From: Octopus sinensis
Lineage: Eukaryota
Reading direction: 5' to 3'
NCBI RefSeq assembly: GCF_006345805.1
Contig: NW_021833238.1
Location: forward strand, 1-64,000
DNA length: 64,000 nucleotides
A model generated the notes under the pieces. That model was not told the origin of the DNA. It saw only the letters and a list, made by a program, of their open reading frames with translations, and did no database searches. Both the position numbers and the translations under genes were made by a program. This document shows positions 25,125 through 38,257 of the stretch, piece by piece (the first letter of the stretch is position 1; each line of letters opens with the position of its first letter).

Positions 25125-25526
25125 TTTGATATATATACAATAAAAACGAAGAACTGCTGCTGTAAACAACTTATTTCACCAATCAAATTAACGTGTAGGT
25201 TGCAGTACTTAAACCAGGTCATGTACGGTTAATAATCACAATGCACTTGTGACTTGAATTCAAATTATTATGAAGTATATCATGTAAATCTAACTGATCG
25301 CCTTTTAGAAGCAGCATCTTTCCTCCATACCAGCAGCACAAACTCCATTGTATTCTTTCTTTTGTTACCTCGCAGCTTACCACTTCTCCAACATTGACGC
25401 TGTGAGAATATTCCAGATGGAAATAACAGCTTGTGGCCATTAAATTTCATTCCTGGCATGTTCTTTCGGTATCGTTCTGTTTATCTATTTATTTGTTTCT
25501 TGCTCCGTCTGTTTGCACCGATTTGT

Positions 25527-25528
<2 letters not shown>

Positions 25529-25569
<41 letters not shown>

Positions 25570-25773
25570 ACACACACATACACTCACACACACACATACA
25601 CACATACATTTTATATATGTATGTATGTACATATATATATATATATATATATACATACACACGTACATTTTCTATATGTATGTATGTACATATATATATA
25701 TATACATACACGCATACATTTTCTATATGTATATATATATATATTATATATATACACACACACATATATATAC

Positions 25774-25815
<42 letters not shown>

Positions 25816-25850
25816 ACATATATATATATATATATATATATAGATATATA

Positions 25851-25889
<39 letters not shown>

Positions 25890-25897
25890 GCACACCC

Positions 25898-25945
<48 letters not shown>

Positions 25946-25947
25946 CC

Positions 25948-25980
<33 letters not shown>

Positions 25981-26010
25981 CATACATATATATATATATA
26001 TAATATATAC

Positions 26011-26066
<56 letters not shown>

Positions 26067-26100
26067 ATATATATGTATGTATATTTGTATGTATGTATGG
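25529..26100 (+). repeat. Compound (CA)n/(TA)n array with higher-order repeats
   Basis: Direct reading; repeated tacattttctatatgtat and atgcacacccatatat units. Confidence 0.9.
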
Positions 26101-26341
26101 CTATAAAACCTATTGATGTATTCATCAGGCTATCTGTACATAATTTATTCTTCCAGGCGCATCTCCATTGTTTGTAAGTGCAAGTTTACATAGTCTTATT
26201 TTCCAATATCGGTTTTAAAATATATTTTTATGTTAGCACTATTTCCAAACCAAAGTGTAATGCTTAATCCCTCCAAACAATGCGCTATGTTTCAATTATA
26301 AAAATACACACCGTATAAAAAAGATACAGTTTCATTTACAT

Positions 26342-26966
26342 CAGAGGTACCCAAACCGGGTTCATATGGCCCCTGAGGATCTATGTAAGATTTTCGGGGG
26401 TCCACACAATAAAAGAGTAAATTCGGGGTTCACAATATTATTCTAAGGCCTCCTGTAAACATTTTGCTTTATATGTATGTATTGGTGTGGAGGCGTGTGG
26501 CTTAGTGGTTAGGGTATCAGCATCATGATCGTAAGATTGTGGTTTCGATTCCTGGACTGGGCGACGCGTTGTGTTCTTGAGCAAAACACTTCATTTCTCG
26601 TTGCGCCAGTCCACTCAGCTGGCAAAAATGAGTAACGCTGCGATGGACTGGAGTCCCGTCCAGCTGGGGAACACATACGCCATTGAAACCGGAAAACCGG
26701 GCCCATGAACCTGGCTAGGCTTTAAAAGGGCGCATTTAAAAAAAAATTATGTATGTATTGGTATGTATCGTAAGAAACAGCCTGGTTTCTTTCTCTAACG
26801 ATTTACATTGTTCAAACTATACAAGTTAATGTGTTAAGAACAAAATAAGGATTTTGAAAGAAGTTTCCTTAAAACTAGGTTTTAAACATCGAATGGCTAT
26901 AGGGGTCCGCCAGAATAATGTTGTAATCGAAGAGGTCCATTGGTAAAAAATGGTTGAAAACCCCTG
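26342..26966. mobile_element. hAT-type MITE carrying a nested SINE
   Basis: Termini cagaggtacccaaacc / ggttgaaaacccctg; 8-bp TSD atttacat / atctacat; subterminal ggggtcc repeats. Confidence 0.8.
26487..26747 (+). mobile_element. SINE type B nested in the hAT MITE
   Basis: 15-bp TSD tatgtatgtattggt (26472-26486, 26748-26762). Confidence 0.92.
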
Positions 26967-27650
26967 ATCTACATCAACATTTAGTCATTTTAGTTATCAA
27001 CTAAATGTTTATTAGGGTATTTACTGTAATTAATCCTTTTTAATGTAATCTTAGACTGATGGATTATGATTTATTCAACATTTACTAATTGAGGAACTAA
27101 TACATCTTGAACACAAATCGTTTGAAATAACATAGATTCGGCTACTTATTGACATTTGAAATCCTGTTAATTATACCTGTTAATTAACAGGTATAAATAA
27201 TTAATGCTTTGTATCAATTCTCTCATATCAGTACAAATAAGATGTATTTGTACATCAATGACTGTATAATTCATAGACGTCAATAAATGAATACTGAAAC
27301 ACAGTTTGATAAAGCGATAAAAGTAATGTGAACAGGAAAAGAGAGTTGATACAATAAAAGATGGCTCGCTGATAATGAAAGAGACAGGGAGCTATCGATG
27401 TATAACACGATGACAGAACAAAGAAAAATGACAGAGTGAAAAATAATTTAGTCAAAAGTGATAAAAGTACAAGGTATTTGGCCATATTTCTAACGAATGT
27501 AGGACAGGAAATAAATATAAAATAGTATTGTAATTTGCTTGAAGCATTGTACCAAGTAAATGATATAAGTGTTATTTTTAAATCTTTGAACGATATAGGT
27601 GAGAAATTTGATAAAATAGGTAAGGTGACATCAATAGATAAAATCAAATT

Positions 27651-27957
27651 GAAGGCGGCGACTGCTTGGCAACTGCTTTTAAAGGCACAGTTGGTATTCG
27701 CCAGTATGCGTAGATATGTCTATACTCTGTATTTCACAGGGCGGCGAGCTGGCAGAAACGTTTGCACGCCGGGCGAAATGCTAAGCGGTATTTCGTCTGT
27801 CTTTACGTTCTGAGTTCAAATTCCGCCGAGGTCGACTTTGCCTTTCATCCTTTTGGGATCGATAAATTAAGTACCAGTTGCGTAATGGGGTCGATCTAAT
27901 CGACTGGTCCCCTACCCCAAAATTTCGGGCCTTTATGACTAGAGTAGAAAAGAATAA
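27651..27957 (+). mobile_element. SINE type C with a 75-bp foreign insert in its head
   Basis: TSD ataaaatcaaat (27638, 27958); insert matches 29876-29950. Confidence 0.8.
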
Positions 27958-28215
27958 ATAAAATCAAATACAAGATATTGCATTCCCTTACATATATTGT
28001 TTAATGTTTCTATTATATTTCGGAAAAGATTCCCCTTATTAAATATAAACGGAAATAATCCATGAGTTCGAAGTATAAGTGTTATTATGGGTATATATGT
28101 AATATATTGAATGAAATTTAAAGGAAAATAACATGGAAGGGAATAAAACCTTTTTTAGTGTTATATGAATTATCTTAACTCAAGACTAAAGTATGTTATA
28201 AAAGAAAGTGACAGT

Positions 28216-28623
28216 AGGCGCAGGAGTGGCTGTGTGGTAAGTAGCTTGCTAACCAACCACATGGTTCCGGGTTCAGTCCCAAAGCGTGGCATCTTGGGCA
28301 AGTGTCTTCTGCTATAGCCCCGGGCCGACCAATGCCTTGTGAGTGGATTTGGTAGACGGAAACTGAAAGAAGCCTGTCGTATATATGTATATATATTTGT
28401 ATGTGTGTGTGTTTGTGTGTCTGTGTTTGTCCCCCTAGCATTGCTTGACAACCGATGCTGGTGTGTTTACGTCCCCGTCACTTAGCGGTTCGACAAAAGA
28501 GACCGATAGAATAAGTACTGGGCTTACAAAGAATAAGTCCCGGGGTTGATTTGCTCGACTAAAAGGCGGTGCTCCAGCATGGCCACAGTCAAATGACTGA
28601 AACAAGTAAAAGAGTAAAAGAGT
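28216..28623 (+). mobile_element. SINE type D, full length
   Basis: A box tggctgtgtgg, B box gggttcagtcc, CORE-like cttgggcaagt, tail (agtaaaag)n. Confidence 0.92.
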
Positions 28624-28683
28624 ATTTCATAACATGTCAGCATAGAATAAAAATAAGATCCCTTAAAAAGTGACTACATACAT

Positions 28684-28958
28684 ATGTATGTATGTATGTA
28701 TGTATGGTTATAAAACCTATTGATGTATTCATCAGGTTATCTGTACATAATTTATTCTTCCAGGCGCATCTCCATTGTTTGTAAGTGCAAGTTTACATAG
28801 TCTTATTTTCCAATATCGGTTTTAAAATATATTTTCATGTTAGCACTATTTCCAAACCAAAGTTAAATGCTTAATCCCTCCAAACAATGCGCTATGTTTC
28901 AATTATAGAAATACACACCGTATGAAAAAGATACAGTTTCATTTACATCAGTGGTACT
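28684..28958 (+). repeat. Local duplication of ~26085-26350
   Basis: ~270 bp with few substitutions, ending inside the hAT TIR (cagtggtac). Confidence 0.92.
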
Positions 28959-29946
28959 CATTATTTTTATTTCAATTCCAAGATATTAAAAAGTTGCAAA
29001 AAACGGGAAAAAGAATTGGTGTAGTAATGAAACTGAAATGATTAAAACTTGCCTTATACAGGAAAAAAATCGCAACAAAACACCATATTGATCACTGTAA
29101 TAAAATATACAATGAAATTTCTGACATTGTCACTGGAAAATGACATTTAGAGTAATTCATCCATTTTAAATCCATTCTATATCTTCGAATTAGCCTTTAT
29201 ATTGTTGGCAGTTTTATGCCTTTGTAGCATAATAATTCCTTATGCCTTTGTAACACTCTCGTCCTTTTGAAGCTGATTTCTTCGTGCGATCCACACGTCA
29301 TTGCATTTCTTCGTATTCACCTCCTATAAATAACCTTTATTGATATTAAAATATTTTAGAGGGTCACTCACCTTAAACCAAGGCCATCATTAATTCCCTT
29401 TCACTCGTCTATACATCGTTTGTAATCAGTAAAAATTGCCATATATTGATCCTCTCGAAGTTACACATAACCTTAATCCTATAATCAATTTCCTATATAA
29501 GGATTGGTAATTTGCATTACTAAAATTAACACTAAAATACTTAAAGAAACGCAGTAAATTAGCTACGAAGGTCGATGATGTGTATTTGTGCCCATTCTTG
29601 AGGAAGGGGATTGAGAGAAAATGACTTGCATTTCATTAAATACCTTCAAATATTTAGCTTTTTTTGTATTCTGATTTCGAACTACACCGTAATAATTATC
29701 TTTGGTTTGGATTTCGAAATTTACTATAATAATTATGTTTTGGTCTTTCGTTATTTATTGAATAAATTCCATTGAATTTTTGACTCCTGTATGAACGTAA
29801 CATTTTAGAAACTCAGTTTATGTGCACGGTCTATATTTTCTGTTCCCCTCTTTCACTTCTTATTACATAATCTGATTGGCAACTGCTTTTAAAGGCACAG
29901 TTGGTATTCGCCAGCATGCGTAGATATGTCTATACTCTGTATTTCA

Positions 29947-30181
29947 CAGGGCGGCGAGTTGGCAGAATCGTTAGCATGTCGGGCGAAATGCTTAGCGGTA
30001 TTTCGTCTGCCGTTACGTTCTGAGTTCAAATTCCGCCGAGGTCGACTTTGCCTTTCATCCTTTCGGGGTCGATAAATAAAGTACCAGTTTCGTACTGGGG
30101 TCGATGCAATCGACTTAATCCGTTTGTCTGTCCTTGTTTGTCCCCTCTATGTTTTATCCCCTTGTGGGCAATAAAGAAATA
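29947..30181 (+). mobile_element. SINE type C with Tx1-like tail
   Basis: 16-bp TSD tatactctgtatttca (29931, 30182). Confidence 0.92.
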
Positions 30182-32696
30182 TATACTCTGTATTTCATTG
30201 AATGTAATATTTGACTTTGATTCTCAAAGAAGTTTATGAATAAATACATCAAAAAGTAAGCTACTTGATCCGAAAGGGTTATACATCATAATGGGATCTA
30301 TCGAACAACAAAACTGAACCTTCAGAAATCTAATTGCGATACTAACCATGCCATCATTAATCAGATCATTTTGTTTCATCACTGCTTTCTGCCATTTGAT
30401 ATTGATGAGTGTTTGCATAGGTCTTGAATCTCAGACACAATAGTTCAAACTGCTTTGTGTATATCTTGTCCTTGCAATGGTGCACTAGATCAGTAAATAT
30501 CATTAGTTTTCACTCTTTGATCTTGATATAGAGATTGATTTTTTTTCTGTGCTGTCAGCTTGTGTGAGATTGCTAACTGGTTAACAGAGTAGCAAAATTT
30601 CAGTCATTGTCAAAAATGTGCAACTTTTTCATTTATCCTTGCAGAGCACAAACAGAACTCATAAGAGTGTGTCAGGCTCACCGAGGTAAAAGTAATTAAA
30701 GTAGACGTATTCAGACTGGGAACTTAGAAAATGCGTAGAATGGAAGCTTCGCCCGGATATAATTCATTGAAGAAAAGAATCTATCAAACGTTCTTAGTAC
30801 AGTGTCTTGGGTTAAGTGTCGAAGAGGGACGAGGTTTTCGGTTGAAATTCAGATGTTCACTGTATATGTTGCAAAGTTTAGTGAAGATATATTTGTAGAA
30901 CTCAAATAGAAGACGGAGAAATGATAAAAGAGACAATTGTTCGTATTTCGAAAGTGCAAATATGTAAAGTGAATGATAATTTTCTTCTAGACGGCCTTAT
31001 CCATATTTTTTTCACTATACTGTATAAAATTTCCATAATCTTTCTATTTCTATCACATACATTTCGTCCAATCCCAAGCTTTTTATATAAATATCAGGAA
31101 AAATTCAATTCTCCTCCATATTCTTCGTTACCGTGAATAGACATCTGCAGGCTCTTAAATTATTTTATTTTCGCTAAGTTTTTTTCTTTTTTACATTTAA
31201 TACAAACCGCAAACCACTTAGCATACTTTCTTTTATCAAACATCGCTCCTTTGCTGCCAGCAATAACAAGCGTCAATTCATATACATGTTAAAAAAAGTA
31301 AATAATGAAATATCGAAACTCCTCTCTGAGTCAGGCAATTATTTAGTTTGAAAAGATAGAGTTCCTCGTTCAATGAACACTATAAAACAAGGTACAGGAT
31401 ACAATCTTGGTTATAATATTATTTCCAATCTTACCGAGAAAATTATTCTGAGTGCATATAAAAATATAAATGTTATTTAAATAGCCGACTCTGTATCAGT
31501 ACAAGTTTATCAAAAAAAAAAAAAAAAAAAAAAGAAAAAAAAAGAAAAGAAAAAAAAAAAGAAGCATTCTCTATTAGTATTCTTAATTTGTATAATTGAA
31601 GATGAGCGACTGCTGAATACGGACATACCTCACAGATGGAAATCGTTGATTCTATGACTGCTGATATTTATTTGAAATTGTTCTGTCGGCTACTGTCCAC
31701 AAAATCTCATAGGATTTCTGCTTGAATAAAGTCAGACTTTGATCAATGTGAGTTTTAAATCAAAGCAGACGTAGAAAAAAAATGAATAAAACCATTTTTA
31801 CATTTGGAAATGCGTAATAAACTTAAAAGAAAGTACTACAATTGAACAAAAATATTAAACTGAATACACAAATGTATTTTAAACAACAGCGGTCTCTCCA
31901 TTACTGAAGCAATAAATAGTCTAATATGGAACACCTAAAGGAAAATATTCATAAATCATGGATATAGTGTACAATAGAATAACTATAGATATTAGATAAC
32001 ACTGTATGTATAGACAGATGTAAGTAACTTATAAACGCTTGTTGAAAATACAATATTTTCGATATATTCGTAGAAAGTAAAGGCGTTATCCGGAGCAGTT
32101 TCAGTCTACTTAGTGACAGAATACTCTCTTTTAATTAGCCACAATGACCCAGAGAGACACTGGCTATAAACTTGCTATTACTAAGGGTTAAAGTAAACCG
32201 GTTATTGTGATTTGCATATATAAAACATTCTTGGCAGTTCGAATGATAAATTTACTGGTGTTTTAACAATGTTTTGTTTCAATGCTATACTGTATTATAA
32301 ATGTATCTATAGATTTTAAACCAATAGTATGTATAGAGTGATGGTATAAACGTCTCTTCTTTCTATATAATATCTTTGTGGACAAAAAATAAGGAATCAG
32401 CAAGCCTTATAATTTTCAAAAGAATATAGTGTAATCTATCTGTCACAAGAAGCTGTTATAAACCAGTGTTTGCAAGGAACCATACCAAATCTTTGATTAC
32501 AGATCTCTGGAAAGATTACTGAGATAGAATATGTTGTCTAATGTAATGTATTCGTTATTGTTTAATACCACAGCTCAGTTAATAGATCAACTTACTGACT
32601 GAAGTTAGTAAAAAGGGCTATATCGATCATTACTGAATCCACTCCATCATTCCTTCATTTGATCACTAAGCAAAATATCACTGTTGGATCTTTTCC

Positions 32697-33073
<377 letters not shown>

Positions 33074-33328
33074 GATCCAGAAATAAATTTTTTGTAACTA
33101 AACACTTTCAAACTTCGGACACTGGTAGAATGTGTCATATAAAAGATCTTTTACTCTTTGTGTTGTTAAGAAAGGTTTATATTTTCAAAGTTATTTCGTG
33201 TTAAAATTGTATTTTAAACAAACAGCAATTGTTTCATTGCAGAAACAGAAATGAAGTGTAGGCAAGCAACAACTAATAAAATGTATTTATAGGATTTATC
33301 AAGTATGACTCTTCACAAGTATAACAAT

Positions 33329-33759
33329 AGGCGTAGGAGTGGCTGTGTGGTAAGTAGCTTGCTTAGCAACCACATGGTTCCGTGTTCAGTCCCACTGCAT
33401 GGCACCTTGAGCAAGTGTCTTCTACTATAGCCTCGCGCTGACCAAAGCCTTGTGAGTGGATTTGGTAGACGGAAACTGAAAGAAGCCCGTCGTATATATG
33501 TATATATATATACATTTATTTGTGTGTCTATATGTTTGAATGTCTGTGTTTGTCCCCCCCCCCCCAACATCGCTTCACAACCGATGCTTGTGTGTTTACG
33601 TCCCGTAACTTAGCGGTTCGGCGAAAGAGACCGATAGAATAAGCACTAGGCTTACAAAGAATAAGTCCTGGGGTCGATTTGATCGACTAAAAGGCGGTGC
33701 TCCAGCATGGCCACAGTCAAATGACTGAAACAAGTAAAAGAGTAAAAGAGTAAAGAGTA
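33329..33759 (+). mobile_element. SINE type D, full length
   Basis: Matches 28216-28623. Confidence 0.92.
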
Positions 33760-34216
33760 AATCATTTTGTGCACGAAACTAAAGAAATGGTTGTTCAAAA
33801 TGAAATTGCAATGATTTATAGAAAGAATATTTTTCTATCCAACCATTATTACATTTCTCCGGGTCTAACATTAGCCACAGTTTTACGCCCTTATTTATTT
33901 CTAGCGTTATCTCTTTTAAACTATTACAATATAAATCTATAAAAGCAATCTCTGTCAAGAGGTCAATGTAGGATGCTATATACATTATGTAGGTTATCTA
34001 AACTTTTACACTCGTTAAACTATTCAATGTCACTTTAAATATCATGGTGTATGTTGGCATTTTAAAACAAACCACAGATTTTTTTTCACGTGGCTCGGGA
34101 AATAAATTACCAGCAGATGAGCGGAACCAAACTGGCTATGAAAGATTACGTCTTAAGGTGCAATTATAATTCGGAAACTAATTTAAGATTTTTAATGTCA
34201 ATTGTGTGGGCTGAAT

Positions 34217-34257
<41 letters not shown>

Positions 34258-34291
34258 TATTATCATTATTATTATTATTACTATCATTATT

Positions 34292-34346
<55 letters not shown>

Positions 34347-34372
34347 CCACCACCACCATCATCATTATTATT
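34217..34372 (+). repeat. Compound (CAT)n/(TAT)n microsatellite
   Basis: Direct reading. Confidence 0.95.
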
Positions 34373-34696
34373 AATTCAAAGTGAAACTTAAGAAATGTTT
34401 TCTCCAAATATCAATTATAACCCGGAAAAAGCAACATTAATTATTTGCTCTTTATCATATCTCAAATGTGAGATCCTTTGTTCCTGGCAATTTTTAATAA
34501 TTCAAAAGAAATTTCACGTTTTGAAATCTTTACGATTGACATTTCAGACGTCCTTCGGTTTAAAATTCTAATTAGATATTTCATTTTCCACATTTTTCTG
34601 TAAAATAATTATAATACTAATACGAACAGGTGGCATACACTGCTGTATCACTCAGTGATGATACTACTACTACTAATAATAATAATAATAATAACG

Positions 34697-34743
<47 letters not shown>

Positions 34744-34745
<2 letters not shown>

Positions 34746-35206
34746 GAACTAAACAGCTTAGACAGAAAGACAAGGAAGTTGCTAACTAGATATGGGTCAC
34801 TCCACCCAAAAAAGTGACACAGGCAGACTGTATGTAGCAAGAAAATGAGGGGGAAGAGGACTTATTGGATGTGAACACGGCATTAGAGAAGAAGAAAGCA
34901 ACATGGCATGGTATGTAAAAATGCCATAGAACCGCTATTATTAGAAGTAGGAAGGTCAGGCTTGTGTAGGATGAAATATTGCAAAGATAAAGCACTATAC
35001 AAGAAATTGAAAACGAATGTAACTGAAAGTAGGTGGGTAAAGAAAAGAATGCGTGGTCAATTTCATAGGGATGTTGAAGATAAGACAGACAGAAAAAAAA
35101 ATGACTGTGGATGACTAAACGTGATTTAAAACCGGAAGTGGAGGCTCTAATCTGTGCTGCCCAAGAGCAAGAACTAAGAACAATCTACATAAAATACAGA
35201 ATAGAC
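34744..35206 (+). mobile_element. R4/Dong-clade LINE fragment, family 1
   Basis: LDRKTRKLLT..LHPK, RLYV..GGRGL, MRGQF, LKPEVEALICAAQEQ; 5' end abuts (AAT)n. Confidence 0.85.
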
Positions 35207-36230
35207 TCCACTTAAGGGCAGAAGTAGCAGGATTATACCTGACTAGAAAGGAAGGTGAAGGAGAGTTAATATCAGTAGAAGACTGCGCGGAGTTAGCGAG
35301 AGTAGATATAGACTCCTAAGAAGAAAGTTTTTTAAATACTGCAAGAGTCACAGCAAGACATAACGAAACCGTAACCCCAAACAAACTTAAAAATCAGACA
35401 AAAGTACAGAAATTATCTGACTGACAGGAGAAGGCGTTGCATAGTAGATTCCCAAAGATATTTGCAGCAAATAGTAGTAATGAGACACGGTTATAGTTAC
35501 AGAAAGGAAAGCTGAAGAGGGAGACAAAAAGTTTGTTAGTAGCTGCATAAGATCAAGCATTAAAGACTAATTGGATAAAAGCCAAGTTAGACAAAAATCA
35601 AGTATATTTCCAATAAAGGTTATGCAAATCAAAGGAGGAAAACGATATTCATATAGTAAGTGAATGTAGCATGCTGGCACAGAAAGAATACAAGAAAAGA
35701 GACAACGATCTAGGGAGAGTAATCCACTAAGAGCTATGGAGAAAGATAGGATTTGAAAATTCTGATAAATGATACTAGAAAGTAAGAAATACAAGATGTT
35801 GTGGGACGTTAACATTTAAATACTGACAGAGTATTAGAAGCTAGAAGGCCTGATTTGGAAGTAGTAGGTAAAGACAATAGAAAGTGCCAGATAATTGACT
35901 TTACAGTCCCAAATAATGAAAACATTAATATGAAAAATATAGAAAAAATAGCAAACTACCAGGACCCATGTATTGATTTACAGAGACTATGTAAAGTGCG
36001 GATAAAATGTATCCCAGTAGTTATAGGTGCATTGGGAACTATCGCTAAAGATCTGAACAGAAGGATAGAGGAAATAGGCATAACACCCAGTTTAGTACAA
36101 CTCCAGAAAACAGTGTTATTAGGGACAGCTAGGATACTTAGGAGGGTTCTTGGCATCTAAGGTTACTTGTTGTTGCCCGATGTTAGGATTTTTTCTTTTC
36201 CAACAGTCTAACCAGACTAACAGTGATGAT
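35206..36230 (+). mobile_element. R4/Dong-clade LINE 3' part, family 2 (restriction-like endonuclease region)
   Basis: RRPDLEVV...IIDFTVP...KIANYQD...IPVVIGALG...LQKTVLLGTARILRRVLGI* (ORF 35855-36160); ends in (AAT)n. Confidence 0.88.
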
Positions 36231-36298
36231 AGTAATAATATTAATAACAACTACAAATAATAATTATATTATACACCAATAATAATAATAATAATAAT

Positions 36299-36330
<32 letters not shown>

Positions 36331-36442
36331 CAGGAAAGTATTAGATAGCTGAAAAAACGAATAGCATGGCACCGTATGCTGCAGGTAGTAAGCCCGCTAC
36401 TCGTGCAAGACTCCAGGAGCTCTAACAGAACCTGTGATAAAG
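36331..36442 (+). mobile_element. Very short R4/Dong 3' end in (AAT)n, family 3
   Basis: agg aaa gta tta gat agc tga = RKVLDS*, then ~90-nt UTR; AAT on both sides. Confidence 0.6.
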
Positions 36443-36469
36443 AATAATAATAATAATAATAATAATATA

Positions 36470-36537
<68 letters not shown>

Positions 36538-36568
36538 AATAATAGTAATAATAATAGTCATAATAATA

Positions 36569-36599
<31 letters not shown>

Positions 36600-36604
36600 T
36601 GATG

Positions 36605-36670
<66 letters not shown>

Positions 36671-36673
<3 letters not shown>

Positions 36674-37089
36674 GACCTACTCATTGAAATTAAAGACCTA
36701 CTCATTGAAACTAAAGACCTACTCATTGAAACTAAAGACCTACTCATTGAAATTAAAGACCTACTCATTGAAATTAAAGACCTACTCATTGAAATTAAAG
36801 ACCTACTCATTGAAATTAAAGACCTACTCATTGAAATTAAAAACCTACTCATTGAAATTAAAGACCTACTCATTGAAACTAAAGACCTACTCATTGAAAT
36901 TAAAGACCTACTCATTGAAATTAAAGACCTACTCATTGAAATTAAAGACCTACTCATTGAAATTAAAGACCTACTCATTGAAATTAAAGACCTACTCATT
37001 GAAATTAAAGACCTACTCATTGAAACTAAAGACCTACTCATTGAAATAAAGACCTACTCATTGAAATTAAAGACCTACTCATTGAAATT
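36671..37089 (+). repeat. 21-bp tandem array x20 (aaagacctactcattgaaatt) derived from the Dong ORF
   Basis: Unit reads KDLLIEI; the last unit continues in frame into EKMWHLKEV. Confidence 0.95.
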
Positions 37090-37440
37090 GAGAAAATGTG
37101 GCATCTCAAGGAGGTTACAATACCAGTGATCGTAGGAGCACTAGGACTGATCAAGAAGGGAACCGAAAATTATATGAGAATGATCCCTGGCGTACCATCA
37201 CTGCAAGAAGTGCAAAATATTGTCTTAACTGGTACATCACACGTATTGAGAAGAGCATTGTCGATGTGAGAACTGTTGCTGCTCATGTATTTTAATTTAA
37301 CTTAAAAAAAAAAAAAATGAACGAACTATTGAGTTTGGTTTAATGGCCTACCAATATATACTATGAGTTTCTTTGCCCTAGGAGTCGGGAAGACACTCGG
37401 CAAGAAATGGAAGCAAATTTGAAAGAAGAAAAAAAAAGTA
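37069..37440 (+). mobile_element. 5'-truncated R4/Dong LINE 3' end, family 4
   Basis: KDLLIEIEKMWHLKEVTIPVIVGALGLIKKG...LQEVQNIVLTGTSHVLRRALSM* (stop 37267-37269), UTR, then (AAT)n; a related 67-bp 3' end follows at 37455-37521. Confidence 0.88.
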
Positions 37441-37533
37441 ATAATAATAATAATCTGCCATAGGTGTATGGAAAACACTCGGCGAGAAACGGAAGAAAAT
37501 TTGAAGAAAGAAGGAAAAAACATAATAATAATG

Positions 37534-37610
<77 letters not shown>

Positions 37611-38149
37611 AAGAAAAGAAGAAGATGATGAAGAAGAAGAAGAAGAAGAAGAAAAGGAAAAAGAAGAAGAAGAAGAAGAAGAAGAAGAAGAAGAAGAAGA
37701 AGAAGAAACAAAAGAAATGAAGGAAGGGAGGTATATTTGATGAACGATTATAGATTAAAGAATAGAGTTCGTTGCCAAGTATACGCTTTCTTTTCATTTA
37801 ACAATCACTGGAAACTTTCCTGTCATCTCAGTTCGTTATTTTTGGCTTGTTCGTTATTTTCTATTTTATTGCCTTATTAGCTTCTGTAAGGTAATAAGAC
37901 GACTTGGGAATGTAATACCAGGAAGGTTTTGAGTAAATACTACAAAGCGTAGTTGTGGTATACCTTACTGATTCTTAAAATTTATTTAGCAAATCAATAT
38001 CGCTCTTACGTTCGATTTTGAATTTGTTTGGCAAGAATATTGATCTGGAAGTGTGTTGTAACCAATATAGTTATATATGGAATAAGTAAAGAGAAAAGGC
38101 TTAAATAAATGGCTAAGTATAATAATAATATAATATAATAATAATAATA

Positions 38150-38187
<38 letters not shown>

Positions 38188-38257
38188 AATAATACCAACA
38201 ATAATAATAATAATAATAATAATATAATAATAATAATAATAATAAAATAATAATAAT

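Noticed and set aside
20580-30288. 14-bp match gggttatacatcat at ~20580 and ~30275
   Set aside because: Flanks do not extend; plausible by chance.
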